A stretch of 63,242 nt of DNA, filler included, from Sphacelaria rigidula (taxonomy: Eukaryota), in the NCBI GenBank assembly GCA_964200075.2. It is 11 parts of 11 records of this genome, joined end to end, with 100 filler letters (N's around TTAATTAATTAA, not from the genome) between each part and the next. Parts side by side here need not be neighbours in the genome. Positions count along the whole stretch, not along the records: positions 51,827 to 57,484 come from CAXNAA020025490.1; positions 57,585 to 63,242 come from CAXNAA020025491.1; 9 more parts are not named here. The stretch is one strand, 5' to 3'. The translations under genes were made by a program, and so were the position numbers. Numbering within the stretch: position 1 is the stretch's first letter; every line of letters starts with the position of its first letter. Below, piece after piece: positions 52,518 to 63,242 of this stretch. Under the pieces are notes generated by a model. It did not search any database and was not told where the DNA came from. It saw only the letters and a program-made list of their open reading frames with translations.

Positions 52518-54486
52518 AAGGCGAGCATTCCATGTTCTGAGGGTGGTGCGCAGGCACGGGTTTCTTACTGGCATGTCGTGGTGCAGTTGAGCAAGGGTGG
52601 TTTGGGATGAGACACTAATTATATGAATTTCCTCGCGTGGGGACTGGATGGGGGGTTGCACAGGGGAACGTTAAATCCCGGGGGATACATAACCCAAGTT
52701 GCGCCGAACGTGCGAGCAAGGATGCACGATTCATGCGACATTTCACCGGTCGCCTAACCCAGGGCGGGCAGACCTCAGACACAATTTTGCGAAAAAAGTG
52801 CACCTCTACCGTAGCATGGCTCCGAAGATACTGAGGATGTGAAGCGGCGTCATGTACACGGAGAGTCATCAATCCCTAGCGAGGAAGAGGCGGATGGGAG
52901 TATTGTCCAACCGGAATGTGGGAATCGTCCTGCGCCTCCGTGTACGTGGAGAGCCGCCTAGTGGCGTTCCTCCTTGCCATGGACGCTGACGTCGTGACGA
53001 AAGTTCACGCCGTGCAAGCATCCTGTCCCACGTGATAGGTGAGTATTTCATCAAACATTTCAGCTGAGGTTACCGTTGTCCCGCAGTCGACAATGCGTGC
53101 GTGTTGGGGCGTGTACGGGCGGTCTTCTATGGTTGGAATGGAACACGGGTATACTTTATCTTCATTTTCAATCCCTGGCGTGGCGTTATGTGCCCAAGTA
53201 CAGCAGCAACAGTTTTTCCCGCGTACATATATATATATATATATATTCTCTTCAGCAGTACATGCGATTGCGTGTTTCAGTGCAATTTTTTGCCGTCGCA
53301 GAGCGTGCGGATGGATCACGGGATCGACAGGAGGAAAGAGAGGGAATGCCTCAAAAGCGCTTGCCTAGATCCCTCACAGCGCAGAGGTGCTGTGTAACGT
53401 GCAGTAGTTTGGCGGGCGGGAAAAGCGGCAGCTGCCCTCGTGTAGTGGTCTTTCTTCTCTGCCTTGGGGTCACTTTCCGGTGCTCTTTGCTTCTCTCGAT
53501 TCCCCTTTCCCGTCAAGGTTCCTCTGTCGACCGCTTCTCCATTGTCGACCCCCCCTACCATTTAAGGCACTACGATCTGTGGCAGGCAAACGTTTCCGGT
53601 GCATCTTTTATAATGTTCAGCATAAGCGCGCGGGGTCTACTTGTTTTCCCCTACACCTTTTCCTCATGAATATTTGCTCCTGTAAACTTTTGGGCAACAG
53701 TCTTTTCAGCGAAGGTTTCTTGTTTGTTGTCATTTTGTTTTGCATGGATACCGAGTAGGTCCCCCTCCCCTCCCCCGCCCGGTGTGGTGGTGGTGGAAAT
53801 ATTTTGTTCCCCCGCGCACAGGGTGACCGTAATAAATGTGTGAAAAATATCTCCTACCCGACTGCACGACAAATACACGTACGGTATAATCCTTGTCGTT
53901 TGGCGCAGATGCCATTGATGAAAGACCTCGTGTGCGGGTTTCAGCGTGTCCTAGGCTAATTTCTTGGCGTCGTCACTTCAAACAGAACCAAAAAGGGCTC
54001 GTAGATGCTGTATACTTTCCATATTGTCACATGAGAGCGTGACTCCCATAAACAGCTTTCAAAAACAGTGGAATTGCCGCCTTCCGAGAAGTTGTAGCGC
54101 CCTCTATAACAACAAACGGTGAACGATCAGGCGTTTGAACACACCGTCGCAATATGGTGCACGTTAGGGAAGGAGCTCTCGTCATACCATTCGAACATGT
54201 CATCAATATCCCTCGTCACTGTGCCTTCGATTCATGCACGTGCCCTCAGATGACGGGTCGGGCGGCGACAAGACTGACGAAGAGAGCGGCGAGTACGCCG
54301 GCGAGGGAGACGGCCAGTAGAGGGGTCCGGTTGGCGAAAGACGCGCATAGTCGAGTTTTCTGGGTAGACGTAAACGGCGGCCTCGGCGCAGAATACTTTT
54401 TTTTGTAACGGCCCTTCCGTCGTGCAAATTTATTTTGTGAGGCCACTGCTTTTAAATTTATAGACAAAAATAGTATATAAAGAAGT

Positions 54487-54875
54487 GCCCTTTTGAGGCT
54501 TTTACGTCGTATTACGCTAAAAGAGAGCCAGGCGGAGTTTGACACCTTGGAGTGACTTGCTCTACTCGTCGAGGCGGATCCAGGACATCTTCCCGTTTTC
54601 CGGTGGCCGCTGTTTTTTTTTTTACCAAACAAGAATTTATGTCCAAGAACGGTCAAAAACAATCAAATATCGAAAAAATCGGCACTTTTTTCTGGACTTG
54701 ACCGATGTTGGACAAGAAATTTCCTTCGACCAAAATAAGAACTGCGGCGACGGGAAAACGGGGAGATGTCCTGAAACCGACTCAACTAGTTGAGCAAGTC
54801 ATTCCATGGTGTCAAACTCCGCCTGGCTCTCTTCTAGAGAGTAAACCGACGTCGAAGCTTCAAGAAGGCATTTTT
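54487..54875. repeat. Imperfect ~390-bp palindrome related to the hairpin at 21525-21995
   Basis: aagagagccaggcggagtttgacacc... is inverted as ...ggtgtcaaactccgcctggctctctt. Confidence 0.8.
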
Positions 54876-55869
54876 CCAGTTTTGGTTTTGTTGTCTGTTA
54901 TAGGGAGTGAGGCGGAAGGTTGCGTGAAGACGGGAACGGGGAAAAAATGACGGGGAGAGGGGAGGGCAAGACTGGCGCATGCTTTTCGTTTCACTCTCAG
55001 TATGACGGAAGTCATTGTCCGGATTTTCAATGCCGCACGGACTTTGATGCGCGCGCACCGACATGAGCGTCTGGAGACTTGAGCTCATTTCAATGGCCAG
55101 CAGGTTTCGGTCTGACCTTCGTCGGGATAGGGGCAACGCGTATATTCGAATGAGTCATTTCATGAGTGCGGCGCTGGTCTTCTGGGTGTATCCCTTGTTT
55201 GCCAACGTTGCACGGCAGCAGTTGTCTTGTGTTGAAGGTGTTGTGTTTCTTTTTCTTGAGGTACGCAGGTTCTGAATACTTGGTGTCTCTCTGTATAGAA
55301 AGCATATCGTCGAATTGTGGGTGGGTGGCGCCGCATTCCATATTGTGGAGGCGGGCTCTCGAGCACATGGGCTCGTGCACAAGTATTCAGCCGGTGGACA
55401 AAAGTGTGACTTTGTGCTCGTGATATTGAGAGATCGTTGATCGAAAGTGGGTTTTATCGTTCGCTGTAACTTTACCGATGTTTCAGTTGGTGTGAGCTTT
55501 TCTTTGCTGGTAGCACTGGGGTGTGCTTCCAGCTACACGTCGATATCCTACTCAGTGGTATCAAGGGCTTCAGTGGCAATCTACTAGATGATAAAGCGTA
55601 TCGGGCCTCATGTACGGACATTTCGGAATTGAAACGAATGATTCAGTACTCGGCCGCTTCTCACTATCAATCGTATCCACCACTCTCAATCTCACAAGAA
55701 CAAATTACATTGATATGTCCCTCCTGTTGTGTCGGGGAGTCATATAACCGTGCAGAGGATCTAATATCATGCCATTGGCCTCTGTGGGGCGCCCTCAACT
55801 CCTGTGAAGGGTTTGCTCATGCCCTCCGCCTCCTACGGGATGTAGGGGTCGACATCCCGCTATATTCTT

Positions 55870-56510
55870 GGCTCCCCTTTCGCCTCCAGAGTATTGTCCA
55901 CCCCTCGCCCTTCTAGAGGGATGTTTGTTCTGTATCTCTAGAGGGAACTGGAAGTGAACCCGTCCCTCCAGAGGACAGCACAACCTACCTGCCTGGAGGT
56001 TCGCCTTTTTCGCTCCGTCCCTCCAAAGTGACTTCGTGGATACCCTTTGGAGGGAACAGGGGTGATGTCCTCCCCTCAGAGGGGGGCGAAACTGACGATT
56101 CTGGATGCTCGCCGTCTCCCTAGAGTGACTCCGTAAATACCCTCTTTAGCGAACGGGGGGGATGGCTTCCCTCCAGAGGCAGCAAAGCCTGCCATTGTGG
56201 AGGCTCTCCGTCCCTCCAGAGGGACTCCGTGAACGCCCTCTGCACGGTACAGTGTGCAAGTCGTCCCTCCAGAGGGACTCCGAGGATGCCCTCTGGATGG
56301 TACAGGGGGGAAGTCGCCCTTCCAGAGGGACTCCGTGAATGCCCTCTGGATGGTACAGGGGGGAAGTCGACCCTCCAGAGCGGCAGCGAAATTTGTCATT
56401 TGGAGGCTCGCCGTCCCTCCAGAGGGCATCCACGGAATCGCTCTGGAGGGAACAGGGGGGTTGTCCTTCCTCCAGAGGGCAAAAAAAACTACCATTCTAG
56501 AGGGGCGAAG
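55870..56510. repeat. Array of near-palindromic CCCTCCAGAGGG/CCCTCTGGAGGG motifs; variant CCCTCCGGAGG array at 57585-57870
   Basis: About 20 motif copies, 20-40 nt apart, in both orientations. Confidence 0.85.
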
Positions 56511-56845
56511 AGGCGAGTCAAATGGCCGTGTGTGTAGGTGAAGAAATGGAACCATATTTTGAAGGTTTGGTGTGGATACGAAGATTTTAATTCTCCGGGT
56601 TTCTCATTCTCAATAAAAGATCCATCCCCAATTTGTAAGATCCCGTCTTTACTCTTTGGGGGAACGGAAGGCTCAACCCCCCCCGAAACAGTCTTCGTGA
56701 GGTCGGGAGGGATGAGGTCGTCCTTATGAAAGCCGTTTGTCATGAATTTCAGTCAGGGAAAGCACGGCTTTTGAGTTGACCCTCATTTGTTGTTTCAACT
56801 TCACTTTCGAGAATCCACTGTTGTTTGTTGTCTGGGTACTTAGTA

Positions 56846-57295
56846 CTGCTGGGACGCGCTCACCGCCTTTCGGCGCTGAAGAAACACGCGTCGTAGAAGA
56901 GCTCCATGTATCGGTATGTGGGTGATGTGCGGCAAAAATGAGCCGTGACATCGTGACCCGACAGTCCGAGGGAATACAAAATTTCATAAAAAAAAAAATG
57001 AAAAAGAATTATCGGCGATTCAGCGCTAGTTTTCCCCGGAGTACAATACTACAGTAGTACGGGGCATCCTGCTGGGACGCGCACACAACCTTTCGGCGCT
57101 GAAGAAACACTCGTTGCAGAAGAGCTTAATGTATCGGTATGTCGGTGATGTGTTGGAAAAATGGCTCGTGACATCTTGGCGCGACAGTTCGAGGGAAAGT
57201 AACTTTTCAATTGAAAAATCTGCGAGAAAGAAAAGTTGGCGGTTCAGCGTTGGTTTTCGCCGCAGTAAAGTACAGTAAGTAGTATGGGGCATCTC
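56846..57295. repeat. Diverged tandem duplication, unit about 223 bp
   Basis: ctgctgggacgcgc...cctttcggcgctgaagaaacac...gtatcggtatgt occurs twice. Confidence 0.8.
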
Positions 57296-59748
57296 GGATT
57301 GTGCCACCTCGGAGAGTCTTGCTGTATTTTTTTCCTCAGAAAATATCGCCGCCATGAACGATCTTTTTCGGCCGCACACTAAATGTTGTACGGGTGCGCG
57401 ATCTGGACAATCGCACACGTCAATTTCGGTGCACTACGGGAGGCTCATCGAGGATTTCCGCTGAGATGCCTCAACAAGCATACCNNNNNNNNNNNNNNNN
57501 NNNNNNNNNNNNNNNNNNNNNNNNNNNNTTAATTAATTAANNNNNNNNNNNNNNNNNNNNNNNNNNNNNNNNNNNNNNNNNNNNGCCCTCCGGAGGAGTT
57601 TGGGGGTGTGGGCGGCTCTCCAGAGGCAAAAAAACAAGCCCCCGGAGGCGTTCACTCCCTCTGGGGGAAACCAAACACTACCGACCCGGAGGGGTGCGCG
57701 GCCCTCCGGAGGAGTTCGGGGGTGTGGGCGGCTCTCCAGAGGCAAAAAAACAAGCCTCCGGAAGCGTTTAATCCCTTTGGAGGGAAACGAAAATCTCCTC
57801 CGGAGGGCCGCGCACCCCTCCGGAGGTGTTTATTCCTCTGGAGGCTCGAAAAGTTGACCGACCTGGAGGAATGTTGAAGGTAGCCAAATGGCCGCGCGTG
57901 CATGCTTCCCCCATGACGTTGGGGGGGGCGAAAAAAGGTTTCGTAACACACTCTATGATAGTTGTACCAGCGGCGAGCACCTCTTGACTGAATGTTCACA
58001 CGGAAGCCACAGGCGATCACGGAAGTTACGTACTTGTGTGCTTTTGCTGCTCTCCACGACGTACAAGAGCATAGGTTTGCGTCAAAAGTGACTGGCAAAC
58101 ATGCATCCGGGTTGCTGTATAACCTAGGGTGTGCTTAGGGAGACATGTTCTCGGACGAAAACAAGGTACAACCGCAATATGGTCGATAATATAACAGCTG
58201 TCTGTGGCTCCCCTGCCCGTGTTTTCGGGCTAGATGAGCTTTTTGGCCTGTTCTCCCGAGGATTGCGGGCAAGGGCTTTCCAGGAGACCCGGACCAACAA
58301 AACCTTGGACCCTGAGGGCGCGGCTGTTGTGCTGAGTGAGTCCTCGGCAAATACAGCTGCGAGTATGACGCTGTGCGATACAGGCACCCCAGCAACATCC
58401 AACCGACCCACTCGACCATGACCACAGACTGCCACACGTACTCCGGGGGGAAACATTGGTATTTCCGCCAAATTTATCGCCTAGGGGCCATGGGGAGGCC
58501 ATTGACACATACCGTTGGCATACTCCAAACGCCCGCGGGACTGGCAGGTCGGCTTCTCCGAACACAACATCTCGGGGCACGCAAGCAATTTTTAGCGATG
58601 TTTTTGTGTCGCCGCTGCAAAGATCGTGGGTGAAAGTCCACGTGTCAACAGTGTGATTCCCAAAAATCTGAGTCGCAACCTGCTTCTATAGCCGTATCTC
58701 GTTTCGTTCAGCTTATTTTCATTTTCACTGCGCAGCCTCTCTACCTGAAGCGATGCGGGCCAGCCACTCTTGGTTTCCAATTCTGTGCTTGAATTATTTT
58801 TATCGAAGTCAGTAATACATATTATGTGGCGTCTTGTTTTCTCGCTGAATTCCGTCCCTTTCCCCTCATTTTCCCTCCCCCTTCGTTTTTCCTTCTGTGT
58901 CTCGTTTAAACCCCAGTTTACCCTGTTTTTTTTCGGTTAATTTTCTTGTGAACACGGCAGAACTCCTCGGGGACAAGTTAATGCATGACTGTGAGAGCCT
59001 GATTGTCCTCGACAGACACTTGTGGGAATTGTGTCATGTGGTCGTATCCACATACCCTCCACGTGTTTGGTCGTGCGATGGGTCATCGCAGAGCGCTTCA
59101 TCCGAGCTGGAGTAGGGTGTGGGGTGGCCAAACACTCTGTGAAGGCCCTTCAAATCGCTTTGTCCGCGGATTCAGGGGGAGGTGGGACGAACGACGACGG
59201 CGTGATGCCCGGCTATGGTATCTTAATTCAACTTCTGGCGAGAGTCGAGGGTTCGCGAACCCCACTCATACTCCGGTTCGAATACGGGATGTTTCTCGGA
59301 CCCGACGGACCTCACAAGGGAAAACACCACGAAGAGTGCCGCAACGAGTACGCCGGGCTCAGTAATTGTCGGTAATTGCCCGGGGCGAACCTGAACGGGC
59401 ACGGGCAGCGCCACTCGAAGCTTCCCAAGTTTTTGGCTAGCCTCACCGGTGTGAGTTTCGATGCATTCACGTTCACCACGATCTTGCGGAACGAGTTGGA
59501 GATCGTCTCCATCAACCGGCGCTCATCAGACGTGATGCTTGAACGCACCAAGTATCACGCGACCGGGCGTCAGGCAGCTTGCTGCAATGAACTGTGGACC
59601 TATGGGAGATGCTTTTGTAGTTCGCCCTTGATGAGGTGTTTTGATACATACGGGAAAATGCGCATTACACATCTCAACCCTCCCTAGGATAGCCTTGCGG
59701 GGGGGGGGGAGGGGGGCGGCACGGGGCGACTCGCACCTTGGAAAAAAT

Positions 59749-60030
59749 TTCATGTATTGATCTACTATCGGCCTCACTTCATCTACGGCCTCATCCTACT
59801 TGGCTTGGATATGTAGTCGAGTGTTTTTTTTCGTGTCCGTTGGGGAATTCAATATGTATTGATCTCTCGGCCTCATTTCATACACAGCCTCGTAATACTT
59901 GGCTTTGATATTTACTCGAGTGTTTTTTTGGGTGTCTGTTGGATAGTTTTTTTCATGTATTGCGCTATCGACCTCACTTCATATACGGCCTCGTAGCTTT
60001 GGCTTCGATATTTACTCGAGTGTCTGTTTG
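59749..60030. repeat. Three diverged tandem units of about 100 bp
   Basis: atgtattgatct...cggcctcacttcat...ggctt.gatat.ta.tcgagtgt occurs three times. Confidence 0.8.
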
Positions 60031-63000
60031 GGTTTCTTCGTCAACATTTAGTCGAGGGCTTTCCGGGTGTGTCCGTTGGCATTCAGTTCAAGTGCTTTAT
60101 AGGTGTCTCCGTTGCCATTTTAATTTTATTTCCATTTATTTCCTGGTTCTGAGTTTTACTTTTATCTGCTGTTTGTTTCTTCCTGCTCCTTTTCTGTATT
60201 CGATGTTTATATTTCTCCTTGATCTGGGTCGCGTTTTCTATTTGGTTCGTTACGGCCGTCTTGTGACCAAAGCTGGGTTCGTAGCGGACTGATGAATATC
60301 TGTTAAATCAATCCAATCAGTACCTTCAAGGAAGGGACTTCATCAACTTCGGGTCGGTACGTAGCCCACCCCCGCCTCTCGATCGTGGGGCGAAGTAGTA
60401 TGCATATCTGAGCAACGCCTGCACCGCCCACGGCCCGCCTGTATGTTTAGCTCAAAAATGACGAGCGTTGTCTTTAGCCCAAAACCGACGATGTTGCGCT
60501 GCCTGCGGATTCACCGTTCGGCCGCGGGTCTGAACAAAACGGCTGTTGTAAAAAAACACGTGCTTGTACGTACTGACGACCGACTGTCTGTAGCGGTACT
60601 GTACTGCACTAATCGGCCACAACTTTTACCATACGGGCAAGTGCTTCCCGGTTCGGCAAGCGTCAAATTCGAACTAAAGGTCATACTGACTCTACGGTAC
60701 TGTACTGTATTGTATGCCAGGATATTGAATTATACCGTGATCTTCCTTTGGGTCGGCAGTGACGAAAATACGCTGAAAATGCCCTATTCTTCTCGTGTGT
60801 ATGCCACTACACGCTGTGGGCCAATGACTTCACCAGCCACGGCACGCCTGTCCGTCAGCACCACAACAGTGAGGCGATTTCGCTGCGCCCAGATTTGGCG
60901 GTCGGCCACGGGTCTGAACAGTAGGGCTGATATCAATGCAGTAGATGGTTATGTACGGCTGTTGTACTGTAGTGATCAAAGGGTATTAAATATCTACTAT
61001 AGGGTGTGCACTTGTGTCGTTTTTTGTCATTATCCACCACAGTGTACGAGCGTTTTTGTAGTTAGAACATGACAATGTAGACGGGGCATGGACAACAGTT
61101 TGGCCGATAGGTGCGACCCACTACAGCCGCCAGCAAAGTAGTTGCAGCCAACGAGGGACCGCAAGAAGTGACGAGGAGCAACTGCGCGACGTTTGCAAAC
61201 ATCTCAGCAAGTGGAATCTCCTCATTTCATCCGGTGAGTGGCAAGGTCGGTGCCCCCAGCGGCAGGTGTGAACTCTACAGACAGCAGTCGGCATCCGCAT
61301 GTCCCCTCCGAGAAGCGAGTGCATCCGAGTCCCTTTGATCAAAGGTCTGCAACGCCTGCGCCATCTCGTTCTGTATATAGTTGGCCGACGCTGTGCAAAA
61401 TTTGGGGTCAATCGACCCGTGCAGTGTGGAGAACGGCGTGTAATCTTGAAATTAACCCCTGCAGGATCTTGCGGCATCATCCACGACCCTGCCAAACGGT
61501 GAAACGAGACCTCATTTTCGCTAGTTTGCAGGCACGAGAACTGCAGCCGTACCGTGCTGCGTTTGTGTGCTAGATTGTGAGGGCACAAGTTTTGCAGGCT
61601 TCACGTCCTTGTAGACTTCGTGTCGTGTATCGTGTATGTGTGTTGTATCGTTTACCATTTGTATTGGGGTGGAGTGGTCCGTCTATGTAGTGCTGTAGTG
61701 TACTGTCATGTTCCGTACTGTGCTTTACTGTTGTACTACGGGTGCTGCACCAAACGTGGAGGGCAATTGTCGAAAGACCGGTATTGATTGATTGATTCGA
61801 TTGATTGTCGCACTTTAACTGACCCCCCAGGGGTCCAGGCGTGGTCTCATGATAGAGGTACTCAAGGAAAACGGAATTCAAACACGCTCCAAGGATAAAA
61901 AAAAGGAACAGAAAAAAAGGTATACCGCTCGCATTTTCGCCGACATTCGGTATAGCTAAAGATGCACTTCAGAAATGCAACATGTGCTGCCACCTGATTG
62001 ACGAAATCACGTCGCCAACGGACTCTGGCGAAAATGCAAGCGGTATAACGGTTTCGGCAATTGCCCAAATAGCGACCAAAGCGTCGCCGACTCAGCGCGA
62101 TAGCACCGAAGGTATGTGCTCACGACATCGAGCCGTAGATGTCACACGCTTTCCGATTCATGTCGGTGCATGTCCACGGGAGTTGATTGTTGCTGTCGTT
62201 CGCCCAATTCAGGTGTGAATGATCTCCTCTGCGTAACATGCAGGACATGCTTGAGCACTGATTTACGCACATCCGAGCTGGACTGGGTTCGCGCAGGAAC
62301 CCTACGAAGGAGCAGGCCATGTCCGCGGGGCGCCATGGCAACTTGTTGGGTACCTTTCATGAGGAACAGCGCCAGAATGCACCCCGTAGGGACCCGAACC
62401 GGGGCAACACCGGCTTCCTGGTTGACCTGGGAGGGACGGGAGCGGTATTGGTGTTGTCTAACCAAAGCTGCCGAGGGAAAGACGCCGCTAACATCTCCGA
62501 CTGGGACTGTGTCGCCCATGTGACTAGACCCAGGGGGATGGATTAGTTAACACCGGAGGACACGTCCCGGTCCCCACGGGCCAGCAGTCGTAGTGGCAAC
62601 TTGTGATGGGGGAGGCATCTTGGCCGGCAAGTGCGTTTGGATACAAGTGGAGTTCACGCATAGTTCGCCATAGCGCGTGGACTACGAGTGCGTTGTCGAT
62701 ACAGATTTGCCGACGCAATCTGTCTTTTTTTTGTGATGCCAGGGTTAAGGGTTCCATTGGTGTGGTTAGACGACTTTTATGGGGACGAATCTCGATTCTG
62801 TCCGGACCCCAATCTGTGAGGAATTGGGGGGAACATGTTTGCTCAAGTCAGATCCGTGGGCACCTTTTCTAGTCTTGAAGATTTGTGAGGTAGTTTTGTA
62901 CACGGACGGTCATTTTTGAATGAGTGTGGTATCACGTACTAGTGAAGCCGAAGAACAGACAGACGGTGAATCAACCTTCGAGTACAGTGTCGGACCATGG

Positions 63001-63242
63001 TACCCTCCATCACCACCGTAATACACGGTAATGCCGTGTGGTAATAAATGATGGCACAGTCGCGGTAATACGAGAAGAGTAAACAGTGTGCAACAAAGGT
63101 TCAGTAGTGCAATGCCGTACATCACCCTGCACGTACAGCGACAACGGAGAGAACAGTATAGTACTGTTGGTTATGGTGATACAGTAGTCAGCGTCAGAAG
63201 TATGCAGAATCCGTAATTTCTTAGTTTCTCAAAGATTGTTCA

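Noticed and set aside
55870..56510. CRISPR-like palindromic repeat array
   Set aside because: The motif is only 12 bp, orientation is mixed, spacers are irregular and themselves repeated, there are no cas genes, and the context is eukaryotic.
5660..57584. Regular ~5.76-kb periodicity with TTAATTAATTAA
   Set aside because: Assembly concatenation spacer. Neighbouring contigs are unlinked, so no gene-cluster inference (PPR, ISWI, ALDH, PSMB7, DP) is valid.
58100..63242. Short ORFs on the last contig as Helitron or transposase remnants
   Set aside because: No diagnostic motif was found; IDNALVVH is only a weak resemblance.

Overview
This window is not a contiguous locus. It is 11 unplaced contigs of 5,659 or 5,658 bp, sorted by length and joined by artificial 100-nt spacers (N44-TTAATTAATTAA-N44). 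The DNA is eukaryotic, roughly 50% GC by eye, with short exons in long TE-rich introns; a stramenopile, most likely a brown alga, is my inference. Partial spliced genes could be rebuilt with phase-consistent junctions: a PPR protein (4 exons), an ISWI/SNF2 remodeler (2), an aldehyde dehydrogenase (2), proteasome beta-2 (1) and a DP transcription factor (4). Mobile DNA includes a decayed Ty3/Gypsy pol, a gag-like zinc-knuckle relic, CACTA-like and piggyBac-like non-autonomous elements, many palindromic MITEs and tRNA-derived SINEs. The most interesting signal is a pair of related short elements (about 16 copies) with a fixed 3' end ...ATGAGTAC(G) running into a poly(C) or C-rich tract, variable 5' truncation, a conserved 3' stem-loop and one clear 16-bp target-site duplication. 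They look like retroposons that are poly(C)-tailed or target C-tracts, and five copies sit 28-68 nt from splice sites. A second highlight is a Gypsy integrase C-terminus with a chromodomain-like unit followed by a PWWP/Tudor-like unit.
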